A stretch of 20,100 nt of DNA, taken from Octopus sinensis (Eukaryota). Each line of letters begins with the position of its first letter. Position 1 is the stretch's first letter. The stretch is taken from positions 1-20,100 of the forward strand of contig NW_021824119.1 in assembly GCF_006345805.1 (NCBI RefSeq), read 5' to 3'. Shown here in pieces: positions 9,968 through 20,100 of the stretch. The notes under the pieces are model-generated. The model was given only the letters and a program-made list of their open reading frames with translations. It was not told the DNA's origin and made no database searches. Made by a program: the position numbers and the translations under genes.

Positions 9968-10452
9968 GAGAAACGTTGCACAGTTGTGGAAATTAGCTGC
10001 CCAGCGGATGTTAACATAAAGCTGAAGATCAGTGAAAAAGAGAACACCTATGCTGAACTATTGAGAAATCTACAGTTACTCTATCCAGATTACAAGTTGA
10101 GGTTGTTTATGCCTGTAATTATTGGGGCCTTGGTATATGTAACACACTGCCTGAAAACCAATCTTGAGAAATTAGGCTTCTCAAAGCCAAAAAGGAGAAA
10201 GCTAATTCGAAGACTACAGATCCAATCCTTCACTGGAACTGTAAAAATCTGTAAAACTTTCCAGAAGTTTATCATTTAAATATATATGAACATGTCTAAA
10301 TATGCAACTATATGCATGAGAATACATACACAAAGCATGCAAATCTGCACATACATACATACAAAAATACTGTGTTGTTGATGCTGAAATTCCAATGAAG
10401 GAACCTTGGATCTGGGTTAGAAACCGGTTCTTTCCTTTTTGAATAATGACAT
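9968..10452 (+). mobile_element. 5'-truncated R4/Dong-like non-LTR retrotransposon (restriction-like endonuclease C-terminus plus 3' UTR)
   Basis: Open frame 9968-10279 EKRCTVVEISCP...EKENTYAEL...PVIIGALVYV...LQIQSFTGTVKICKTF matches the RLE C-terminus pattern (E.SCP, K..Y..L, PV.IGALG). 3' boundary approximate. Confidence 0.8.
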
Positions 10453-10529
10453 GCATATGGAACTTGTTATTTAACGTAACGCTATGCACCCTCATCGTCA
10501 GCTATTCAGCCGGGGATTTTTGCACGGTG

Positions 10530-10691
10530 TCTCTCTCTCTTTCTTTCTCTCTCTCTCTCTTGAATTCCTCTCTCTCCCACTCCTCCTCTCCTCTCTCCCT
10601 CTCTCTTTCTTTCTCCTATCCTCTCTCATCAACTTAATCTCTGTTCATTTCTGTCTCTCTACCTTCCACCATTTCTTCTCTCCTGTCGCTT

Positions 10692-10733
<42 letters not shown>

Positions 10734-10787
10734 TCTCTCTCTCTCACTCTCTCTCTCTTTCTCTCTCTCTCTCACTCTCTCTCTCTT

Positions 10788-10818
<31 letters not shown>

Positions 10819-10832
10819 CTCTCTTCTCACTC

Positions 10833-10863
<31 letters not shown>

Positions 10864-10930
10864 CTCCTCTCTTTCTCTCTCTCTCACTCTCTCTCTCCTC
10901 TTCTCTCTCTCTCTCACTTCTCTCTCTCTT

Positions 10931-10963
<33 letters not shown>

Positions 10964-11035
10964 CTCTCTCTCACTCTCTCTCTCTTTCTCTTCTCTCTCT
11001 CTCTCTCTCTTTCTTATCTCCCCCTTTCTCCTTCC
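10530..11035. repeat. Long imperfect (CT)n polypyrimidine tract
   Basis: Directly visible; pyrimidine bias continues to about 11260. Confidence 0.95.
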
Positions 11036-11343
11036 CTCAGCAACTTACCACTCTCCTGCTTTCGTTCTCTCCACCCACCACCACGTTTCCTGTCGCGTGC
11101 CACTACAATGTCACCTGTGACCACTCCCATCTCTCTGTTCCATTTCCTTTTCCGCCTGACCGCTACTCGTTCAGTCACGTTTCTCTCGCTCCCTTCCCTA
11201 TTTTCAACATTTTTTTCATTCTTTCCTTCTCTTTTTCCATCTGTCTCCTTTCCCGTTCCCGTCGCATAGGACATTTTCTTTTGCGTTACTTATACATGTG
11301 TCGCGTCTTAGAGCCAATAGTTTTATTTTGGTTCTATATTGTA

Positions 11344-11734
11344 CTAGCAGTATCGCCCGGCGTTGCTCGGGTTTGTAAGGGAAATAACTATATAAGCATT
11401 TTTAAAGATGTAAAGTATAATAGCCATCTCAATATGGCTAACCACAAAGGGGGGTGTTACTGTAGCTTTTTACGTTGTGAGATTTAATAATAAATTTTTA
11501 GAGAGTTACTTCCCTTATATATGCCAAAAATGCATTAAATTGGGAAAAATTGATTGTAAATTTTTTTTTAAATCGTAGACTCATCGTAGACGCGCGCTAA
11601 TACCCAGAAGGGCTCGATATGAATCCCGACTATAAGATACCCGGTTTTGGTTAAACTGCACCGCAAAATGTGGGAGTAGTTAGGAATCTAAATCGTAGAA
11701 GACAGACACACAACCTTACTTTTATATATAAAGA
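11344..11734 (-). mobile_element. Non-autonomous Helitron, complete
   Basis: Minus strand begins TCTTTATATATAAAAG and ends CCCGAGCAACGCCGGGCGATACTGCTAG; inserted between A and T, no TSD; second copy at 15409. Confidence 0.92.
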
Positions 11735-12446
11735 TATGTATTTTGTATGTATATTTACATTTGTGTCGTGTTTTCTTTCGTCACTGTTAATAATTGCGTT
11801 CCTATGTGGTCGTTACTGGCTAGAAATAGAGGCCAAATCTCCATCAATTACCACTCTACTATCTGAAAAAAGAATGACTGCATTGTTTCATGTAGCCCTC
11901 GCTATATCATGTCGAAAAATAAGACAGGATAGTCACTGCTGGAATGTCTCGGAGTTTTATTTGCGGGGCATGAGGAACAACGTCCGGGCCTTTATTTTGA
12001 CGGTCATTATCTTCGTAGGGTACCGGTCCGTTCATTTCTGTTGTCACATTGTTTTGCACGTATAGTTTTTCGTACTTTTTGTGTAACAAGTTTAGAGTAC
12101 GCACTTCCCAATCGTTATTCTTGAATAATACCGGTATTGTTTAATTTATTTGTAATTTTTTTTGTACACGGTCTTTGGGGCCGGAGATGGTCTGGTGTTG
12201 ATGGATCGTAATGTATCAAGCATGTTCACATGTGCTGTGTGAGAGGTGGAGGTGATATCCAGTTAAAATACATCATTTCATTTGGAAAATAGTAATAAAT
12301 TTCAATGAGTATTACTTACTCGGATATAGTCCAATCCTTTGACAGTTAATTTTTGGCTCCATGCGATGTCTTTATTTCCGATGTTTATGGATAGATTTCG
12401 GAGCACTGTTTTATCGCTCTCACATGTTAAACTATATTATCATATA

Positions 12447-12877
12447 GGCGTATGAGTGGCTGTGTGGTAAGTAGCTTGTTTACGAACCACATGGTTCCGG
12501 GTTCAGTCCCACTGCGTGGCACGTTGGGCAAGTGTTTTCTACTATAGCCGCGGGCCGACCAAAGCCTTGTGAGTGGATTTGGTAGACGGAAACTAAAAGA
12601 AGCCCATCGTATATATGCATATATATATGTCTATGTGTGTGTGTGTGCGCGTGTGTGTGTGTGTGTGTGTGTGTCTGTGTTTATCCCCCACCATCGCTTG
12701 ATAACCGATGCTGGTGGGTTTACGTCCCCGTAACTTAGCGGTTCGGCAAAAAGACCCTGATAGAATAAGTAGTAGGCTTACAAAGAATAAGTCCTGGGGT
12801 CGATTGGCTCGACTAAAAGGCGATGCTCCAGCATAGCCACAGTCAAATGACTGAAACAAGTAAAAGGGTAAAAGAGT
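12447..12877 (+). mobile_element. Full-length SINE family A
   Basis: A/B boxes, internal (TA)n/(TG)n, GTAAAAGAG-type tail; candidate TSD ATGTTAA at 12424-12430 and 12880-12886. Confidence 0.93.
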
Positions 12878-13004
12878 ATATGTTAACTTGATGACAGTTG
12901 ATGCTGAGCTAAACAACAAGAGTAAACAGTACAAATTTTAGCATCTTCACAAGAATGGATATAAATGCCAATCCTACCATAATCACAATTATATAATAGC
13001 AGTG

Positions 13005-13347
13005 AAGGCGCATGGCTCGGTGGTTAGAGCGTCGAGCTTACGATCGTGAGGTTGTGAGCTCGAATCCCGGACCGGGCTGCGTGTTGTGTTCTTGAGCAAG
13101 GCACTTTATTTCACGTTGCTCCAGTTCACTCAGCTGTAGAAATGAGTTGCGACGTCATTGGTGCCAAGCTGTATCGACCTTTGTCTTTCCCTTGGATAAC
13201 ATCAGTGGCGTGGAGAGGGGAGGCTGGTATGCATGGGCGACTGCTGGTCTTCCATAAACAACCTTGCCTGGACTTGTGTCTAGGAGGGTAACTTTCTAGG
13301 TGCAATCCCATGGTCAGTCATGACCGAAGGGGGTCTTTACCCTTTTA
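13005..13347 (+). mobile_element. tRNA-derived CORE-SINE, family D
   Basis: tRNA head then TGTGTTCTTGAGCAAGGCACTTTATTTCACGTTGCTCCAGTTCACTCAGCTGTAGAAATGAG (CORE-like); TSD AATAGCAG at 12995-13002 and 13348-13355. Confidence 0.9.
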
Positions 13348-13691
13348 AATAGCAGCGGATCTAATGTACATGGTTAATTAGCGTTAATACCTTTAATGAA
13401 CGGAGCATTAAAGAGCTGGTTTAAAACAATTATGAGAAGAGAAACAAAAACATTAGCCAATGGCGAGAAATTACCGAAATTATGGAAGTAAGTATGGGAG
13501 ACAACTCCAGGCATGTTTTGATCTTGTGATGGCTTCATCAGTGAAGTATGGCTCTCCTTGTAATTGCTTAAATACGCTTCAAGAATTACTAATTAAAAGT
13601 AACAAGATCGGATATTAGTTCGTGTAGATGGCTTGTAAAATTTAGAAAATAATTTCCAATCCATATAATAATAAAATAGTTAAGTTACTAT

Positions 13692-14078
13692 TCTCTTTTA
13701 CTTGTTTCAGTCATTTGATTGCGGCCATGCTGGAGCACCGCCTTTAGTCGAGCAAATCGATCCCAGGACTTATTCTTTGTAAGCCTAGTACTTATTCTAT
13801 CCATCTCTTTTGCCGAACCGCTAAGTTACGGCGACGTAAACATGCCAGCATCGGTTGTCAAGCGATGTTGGGGGGACAAACACAGACACACAAACACACA
13901 CACGCGCACGCATATACATATACATATATACGACAAGCTTCTTTCAGTTTCCGTCTACCAAATCCACTCACAAGGCTTTGGTCGGCCCGAGGCTATAATA
14001 GAAGACACTTGCCCAAGGTTCCACGCAGTGGGACTGAACCCGGAACTATGAGGCTGGTAAGCAAGCTACTTACCACAC
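13692..14078 (-). mobile_element. SINE family A, near full length
   Basis: Reverse complement of the 12447 copy, lacking about 15 bp of the 5' end. Confidence 0.93.
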
Positions 14079-15408
14079 GGTGTATTAGTAGTTTGTTAAA
14101 AATGTTATCGGTAAGGTGAAAATAATGAATTTTATTGTAATTATTTCAGCAATACGGGAAATAATTCTGCCTTATAATGGCTTCATCAGGAAAACACCAT
14201 TCACCGTAGCTACTGAAACAGTAATAGAAGAGTCACTAAGAAGATGTACAACATTATATACTGGTTTGTATTGAAAAAATTAAATTATCTAAAGCATAAA
14301 TAATAAGTCAGATAATAAGTAGAATCTACATGACTGGCATTTTTTGTTATGAGTACCCTCTTGGAAATATAGACTTCTATACGAACAACAATAAAGTTAT
14401 CTTACAAAGCGCAGTACTGCTTTTGTTTCATGCAGCGGACGATCATTGCTACAAAGGGTAAGGTAGATTTCTATGTTGGTTTTTGTTGCTGCTGCTCCAG
14501 TTCATGTTGTTGTTGTTATGGTGGTGTAACTCTTAATGTTGAAATCAAGAAGAAAAATAATAATATTGTATCTATTATTTTTCTTGTAGATGAGGGCGCC
14601 AGATTGGTTGGATCGTCAGAGCATTGTTTCTCAAACGTTTTCAACTATCGCCATTTTCTTTTATTCACAATTTTCCAACGCTCCATTGCTGCGACTCAAT
14701 ACAATCCCCACCCATTTTTTAATGTACATACACATAATATCAGCCCAAAGTAATTTAGTTCCAGATGCTAGTTTCATACGGGTGATTGCCTACCGTAGAA
14801 CTACCCCACATCAAGCAATATTTGACGCATCACCGCTTAACCTTAGCTATTGACCCTGTCTTTAGTATTCATCTTCGGCAAAACTCCGGCACATAATCTT
14901 TGTCCTTTTTATATACCCCGGTAGCTACCAGTTGAGATTTATTTTTATATTCTAATTGATAGTAGGGTGATGTTTCGCTTTGTGATCCAGAAAATAAAAC
15001 TACTGAAGTCAGCAGTGGTTGTCATCTACCCGAAACTCAGCTGGGAAAATGAAAGAACTGTTTACTTTGAAAGGAAATAAAGTGATACAAACCTAATGTA
15101 ACAAAATGGTAATTATAACATATAATTCTTTGTAAAATTCTTTTAATTTAGTTTATTTTGCTTTGTTTAATAATAAACTAAACTATAAAAATTAGATACA
15201 GTAATACTGCCGAAGACATTTAATAACCATTTAACATTCAAATTAATCTGTCAAATATAATATTTATTTATTTAAATTGCTTGAATTAATTATGCATTAT
15301 CTCATAGCTTTAAAATGTCAATGATGTGATTGTTTGTTTATGTAATAACATTGTAGGGTAGATGTGAGAAGCCGGATCTGCTCAGCTTTGAATATACAAT
15401 AGACAGAA

Positions 15409-15804
15409 CTAGAAGTATCGCACGGCGTTGCTCGGGTTTGTAAGGGAAATAACTATATAAGCATTTTTAGAGAGTTATAGCCAAAAATAGCAAAAAAAAT
15501 GCATTAAAAATGGAAAAAAAAATTATGATAAATTTTTTTTTAATCGTTGACTCATCGTAGACATTTTTAGAGAGTTAATTCCCTTATATAATAGCGAAAA
15601 AATGCATTAAAATGGAAAAAAATGATGGTAATTTTTTTTAAATCGTAGACTCATCGTAGACGCGCGCTAATACCCAGAGGGGCTCGATATGAATCACGAC
15701 TATAAGATACCCGGTTTTGGTTAAACTGCACCGCAAAATGTGGGAGTAGTTAGGAATATAAATTGTAGGAGACAGACACACAACTTCACTTTTATATATA
15801 AAGA
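15409..15804 (-). mobile_element. Non-autonomous Helitron, second copy, with ~100-bp internal tandem duplication
   Basis: Same TC...CTAG termini and body as 11344-11734; duplicated units at about 15462-15561 and 15562-15661. Confidence 0.92.
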
Positions 15805-15805
15805 T

Positions 15806-16189
15806 GTGGAGGTGCAATGTCCCAGTGGTTAGGGCAGCGGACTCGCGGTCATAGGATCGCGGTTTCGATTCCCAGACCTGGCGTTGTGAGTGTTTATTGA
15901 GCGAAAACACCTAAAGCTCCACGAGGCTCCGGCAGGGGGTGGTGGCGGTCCCTGCTGTACTCTTTCACCACTCTTTCTCCCACTCTTACTTCCTGTTTCT
16001 GTTGTACCTGTATTTCAAAGGGCCGGCCTTGTCACTCTCTGTGTCACGCTGAATGTCCCCGAGAACTACGTTAAGAGTGCACGTGTCTGTGGAGTGCTCA
16101 GCCACTTACACGTTAATTTCACGAGCAGGCTGTTCCGTTGATTCGGATCAACCGGAACCCTCGTCATCGTAACCGACGGAGTGCTTCCA
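15806..16189 (+). mobile_element. Full-length SINE family B
   Basis: Matches 5077-5463 inverted; TSD ATATAAAGAT at 15796-15805 and 16189-16198. Confidence 0.93.
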
Positions 16190-17000
16190 TATAAAGATAT
16201 TTGGACCTGATATGGCCGGATTAAAAACTAACGGATTAATCTGTTTTCTCCAATCTGCATAGGATTGTCGATACACCAAGTAGTGCATACATCTGTAAAG
16301 TATTTTACACCGTGTAACTATTGCTTCTCCAGCGACATCAAGCCGCTTCATAACATATTGTTTGTAACCAAATGATGCCCATCAATCAAAAGCTTAACGA
16401 GACGAGGCAATGGGATATGATGAGACCCAGAAAAGAAAGAATCTTATCTAATACTTTGATAATGCCTGCCTACAACAATACCCACCCTCAAGCTTTTCCA
16501 TCCGAACATGGTGCAGCAATTCACCAAACGCATGGATTCATTACAGAATGCTGTTGAATTATGAATTAATCCCAACAATGCTAAGGCAGTTAATTGTATA
16601 TTCAATGTTCATCGTATTAATACAAATATCACGTACAACATAATTCCTTTCAATCAGCTCGACATTCAACTTCCAAAGAAAAACATTCACTCAGATTCAT
16701 TTCATCGCTGAATTTCGTTATACTACGGAACATTATTTTTGCTTTCATTTTATAACAGCGATCATTGCCTACATCAGTAGTTTCGCTTTCTGGATCACAA
16801 AGCGAAACGTCAAGTATAATACTCTCTCTCTCTCTCCTCTCACGCACACCACACACACACATACCTATTGATTTCTCAATGTGCAAGTTTACACATGTCT
16901 GTTTACACACGTGCATAGATTATGAGATTTAACAAATGACAATCATAGCTAGAATTAACAGCGTTCCAGCATGTAAAATTCTCTCTCTCTCTCTCATGCA

Positions 17001-17049
<49 letters not shown>

Positions 17050-17309
17050 AAATGGGACAAGTCCCGTGACCATCATCAATGCACGTATAGAAATATCTGC
17101 AAGGCAATGTTTCTTAAAATATAATTTTGCTAATTACTTATAATTTACGTGCACAGGTGGTAAACATTCGGTTTTGTTTATTTATTTACATATCGAAGTT
17201 TATCATTTTTGTTGATGTTATTATTGTTATTGTTGTGGTGGCCTTTAAGATACAGTTTATCATAATATTAGATTAAATATTTTTTTTGATTTCAAGATAT
17301 TTTAAAAAG

Positions 17310-17524
17310 AAGGCGGTGAGCTGGCAGAATCGTTATCACACCGGACAAAATGCTTATCGGCATTTCGTCCGTCTTCATGTACTGAGTCCGTTTTCCGCTG
17401 AGGTCATCTTCGCCTGTCATCCTTTCTGAGTTGATTAAATAAGTACCAGTTGAACACTGGTGTCGATGCCATCGACTTACCACTTACCTCGAAATTGCCG
17501 GCCTTGTACCAAAATATGAAACCA
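17310..17524 (+). mobile_element. SINE family C monomer
   Basis: AAGGCGGTGAGCTGGCAGAATCG head and Meta-like core; direct repeat ATATTTTAAAAAGAAG at 17297-17312 and 17525-17540 (TSD). Confidence 0.9.
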
Positions 17525-17689
17525 ATATTTTAAAAAGAAGAAAATAGGGATAAAAAAAAACTGAACAGATGCATCTATCAATCCCCTGCGATCTCCCTTT
17601 GTCCCAGAAACCATAAAATCCAGTCTGTTTCCATGAGAGAGTATTGCTCATTGAGAAGAACGACATACTCTCTTTTACTCTCTCTTTTA

Positions 17690-18625
17690 CCAGGCCCCTT
17701 TATTTGGTCTACAACCTCATTGGTATTTTAGGGGAACATTTGATGAAATCTTATCGTTTAATCGTGCAAAGAGAACCCAAGCAAGTACTTTGCCGGCAGA
17801 GGATAAGAGTGTGACCCTTCTTGAATGTTCACATTTATCCCCTGCTTCTTCCCATCCCCTATGCTTCGTGATTATAACACCATCACACCAAGCTTATGAA
17901 AAAATATTTTATGCATTAATTTTGTAATATGGTAATCTCCAAACTGGCTAATCTCTGCTGCGATCCCATCTATTTGTGGTACTTATCCAGGATTAAATTT
18001 ACTAATCGAGATCTGAACCTCTTCAATTGAAGGAATAAAAAATAATAGGCATTTGCTGAAGATTGGAGCCGGGATCATCACTGGTATTACAATTTTGGAT
18101 AAATAAGTTAGAAAAAAGCTCCTTCAATAGTTTTACAATAACTTTCTATGATGTAAAGAATATTTCTCCATTGCTCTGGTATAAAGGTGGAATTCTTGCA
18201 GGTTTAGAACCGTATCCAATTTTTTATGAGAGCATAAAACTTTTTAGCACCATGGCAATCAGCGGCTGATTGAATATCTTTTGACAAATCTTTTCACCAA
18301 TTTTCTTTCATACTTCTTATTTCTCTCTGCACCTTTGCTTTAATTCGTTTCAGCTCATCTTGTGTCTTTTTGCGTCTAATAAAGGATGAATTATTCTGAA
18401 GAAGTGATTTTTTTTTAGTGCTTGCTTATGCTCACGTAGTAGAGTTATGTCTGTATAATTTTCATCAAACCAATCCCTATTGTCAGCTTGTTGAAAACCA
18501 AAACATTCAAAAGAGATATCCTATAAATTGTTTTGTAGTTCACCCCATGAAGATGAATCCTGAATTGATGAAAGATGTCCCTGGCAAACGTCCTGTACAT
18601 CAGGACATTCAATATTTCCTACATT
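17690..18625 (-). mobile_element. Decayed RTE-clade LINE fragment (linker and start of reverse transcriptase)
   Basis: Minus-strand remnants DWFDENY, DIQSAAD..AKKFY, PSIEEV, PQIDGIAAEI, RRVTLLSSAGKVLAWVLFARL and YQ*GCRPNKG match RTE/BovB motifs; multiple stops and frameshifts. Confidence 0.85.
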
Positions 18626-18659
18626 AATACGTTTTGGTAGAGTTTTATTTACTGTGGTA

Positions 18660-18930
18660 GAGGCGCGTGGCTTAGTGGTTAGGGTGTCAACACCCTGATC
18701 GTAAGATTGTGGTTTCGATTCCTGGACCGAGTGACGCGTTGTGTTCTTGAGCAAAACACTTCATTTCACGTTGCTCCAGTCCACTCAGCTGGCAAAAATG
18801 AGTAACGCTGCGATGGACTGGCGTTTCGTTCAGCTGGGGAACACATACGCCATAGAAACCGGAAAACCGGGCCCATGAGCCTGGCTAGGCTTTAAAAAGG
18901 GCGCATTTATATTTTATTTATTATTTTTTT
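18660..18930 (+). mobile_element. tRNA-derived CORE-SINE, family E
   Basis: Head and CORE homologous to the 13005 copy but with a different 3' tail, ending in TTTA-rich repeats. Confidence 0.88.
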
Positions 18931-19524
18931 ATTGTAAGACCGTCTACACCTATGATGTATTATCATTTAAAATTTTGCCTCTCACAAGTGCATTATCTGA
19001 CCAACAATCTACCTCTTTTAAGGAATGTACATTAAGTACATCGTTTATATCTCTCTATATGCGATAAATATTCGCAACACTGAATCAGAAGTCGCCATAA
19101 TTTCAACAAAAACACGAATATTTCGAGAGCTGAATTAACACACTGGGGGAAAAGGGATAATCCGATCTTTATTTCAGAGACGAAAGAGAGCAACCGATGC
19201 GTTTCTATTTCTGTGCGGTCTCATCAGAATAGTGTAGCAACACTCGCCACCAAACACAGAAGAACATTTAATATTTATTGGAAGAGCTTTTAGTATGTCC
19301 AACCAAAGAGTAATTTGCATAATTAAAACGAAAAGAACTGTGGGAAGATAAAGCAAAGAAATCGGTCGCAGGAAATTGAATAATATAATAGAGAACGTAT
19401 TGTGCACCATACATCATAAATTCATTATTCATTTAAATTTCCCTCGTGGACACAGAAGTAAAACAAAAAATATACAGCGATAAGGGGCTAATGGCATGGA
19501 AATTTGGCTAATGATAATAATAAT

Positions 19525-19547
19525 AGTCTATATATATATTACAATCG

Positions 19548-19598
<51 letters not shown>

Positions 19599-20090
19599 CT
19601 CCACATATATATACATGTATACATGTATTAATAATATATAACATATATAATATATATTTATGTATGTATATATATATGTGTGTGTGTGTATTTGTGTATG
19701 TAATATGTGTATATATATATATGCTTATTTCTATGTATGTACACGTATGTATGATAAAGTGCAGAACAGAGAGAGTTTGGTTTCATGAAATCCCCGATGA
19801 TTGAAACAATTTATTTTTCGATTTTATATTAACAATTATCGCTCACTACCCAAGAAGGAGATATTCCTGTGGGCGCATATACATACATACACGCAAACAT
19901 ATGTTGTATGTATATAAGATATATATCTATATATATATTATATATATATATATATCTATATATATATAATATATATATATATACATATATATATAAATAC
20001 ATACATGCATTAAATATAGATATATATGTATATATATACATACATATGTGTACATACCTACATATATATGTATATATACATGCATATATG
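19525..20090. repeat. Two degenerate (TA)n/(TG)n/(CA)n low-complexity tracts
   Basis: Directly visible at about 19525-19755 and 19877-20090. Confidence 0.9.
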
Positions 20091-20100
20091 GGTACAGGAC

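Larger units (their letters stand above)
15224..16239. mobile_element. Old piggyBac-type MITE (~225 bp of own sequence) split by a Helitron and a SINE
   Basis: Degenerate TTAA-flanked termini (TAACCATTTAACATT ... AAACTAACGGATTAA). Halves 15224-15408 and 16198-16239 join as GACAGAA|TATTTGGACC and resemble a repeat I recall as common in octopus. Confidence 0.55.

Noticed and set aside
9626-10047. YVCM/HTYI repeat ORFs
   Set aside because: Translations of (ACAT)n on both strands.
962-10452. One continuous Dong element spanning both fragments
   Set aside because: No RT remnant found between them, and the 3' piece has its own junction with a microsatellite.
10484-11269. 261-aa SL-rich ORF
   Set aside because: Translation of the (CT)n tract.
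13005-13075. tRNA genes at SINE heads (also 639, 12447, 15806, 18660)
   Set aside because: Each continues into a SINE body and lacks a convincing cloverleaf or Pol III terminator.
14430-14853. Two overlapping + strand ORFs with an acceptor-like site at 14589
   Set aside because: No recognisable protein motif or clear donor; partly low-complexity.
16372-16557. ORF ending GFITECC, reminiscent of an insulin A-chain start
   Set aside because: Stop immediately after CC; no CC-x3-C-x8-C spacing, dibasic site or B chain.

Overview
AT-rich, repeat-saturated eukaryotic non-coding DNA (intron or intergenic). The repeat families resemble those I recall from coleoid cephalopods, most likely Octopus; this is inference, not a database result. 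No intact protein-coding gene is supported, and most listed ORFs are microsatellite or SINE read-throughs. The window holds about 13 copies of several tRNA-derived SINE families, and one copy has become a 184-bp tandem array. It also holds a Helitron PIF1-helicase remnant plus two non-autonomous Helitrons with a similar 3' end, and an internally deleted mariner with TIRs and a TA TSD. Other elements are a 5'-truncated R4/Dong-like LINE at an (ACAT)n tract, a decayed RTE LINE, a Penelope-like terminal repeat and many microsatellites. The most interesting signals are several minimal hammerhead-ribozyme-like motifs with altered cores, a resolvable MITE<Helitron<SINE nest, a reading frame restored by removing a SINE, and inverted SINE pairs able to form long dsRNA.
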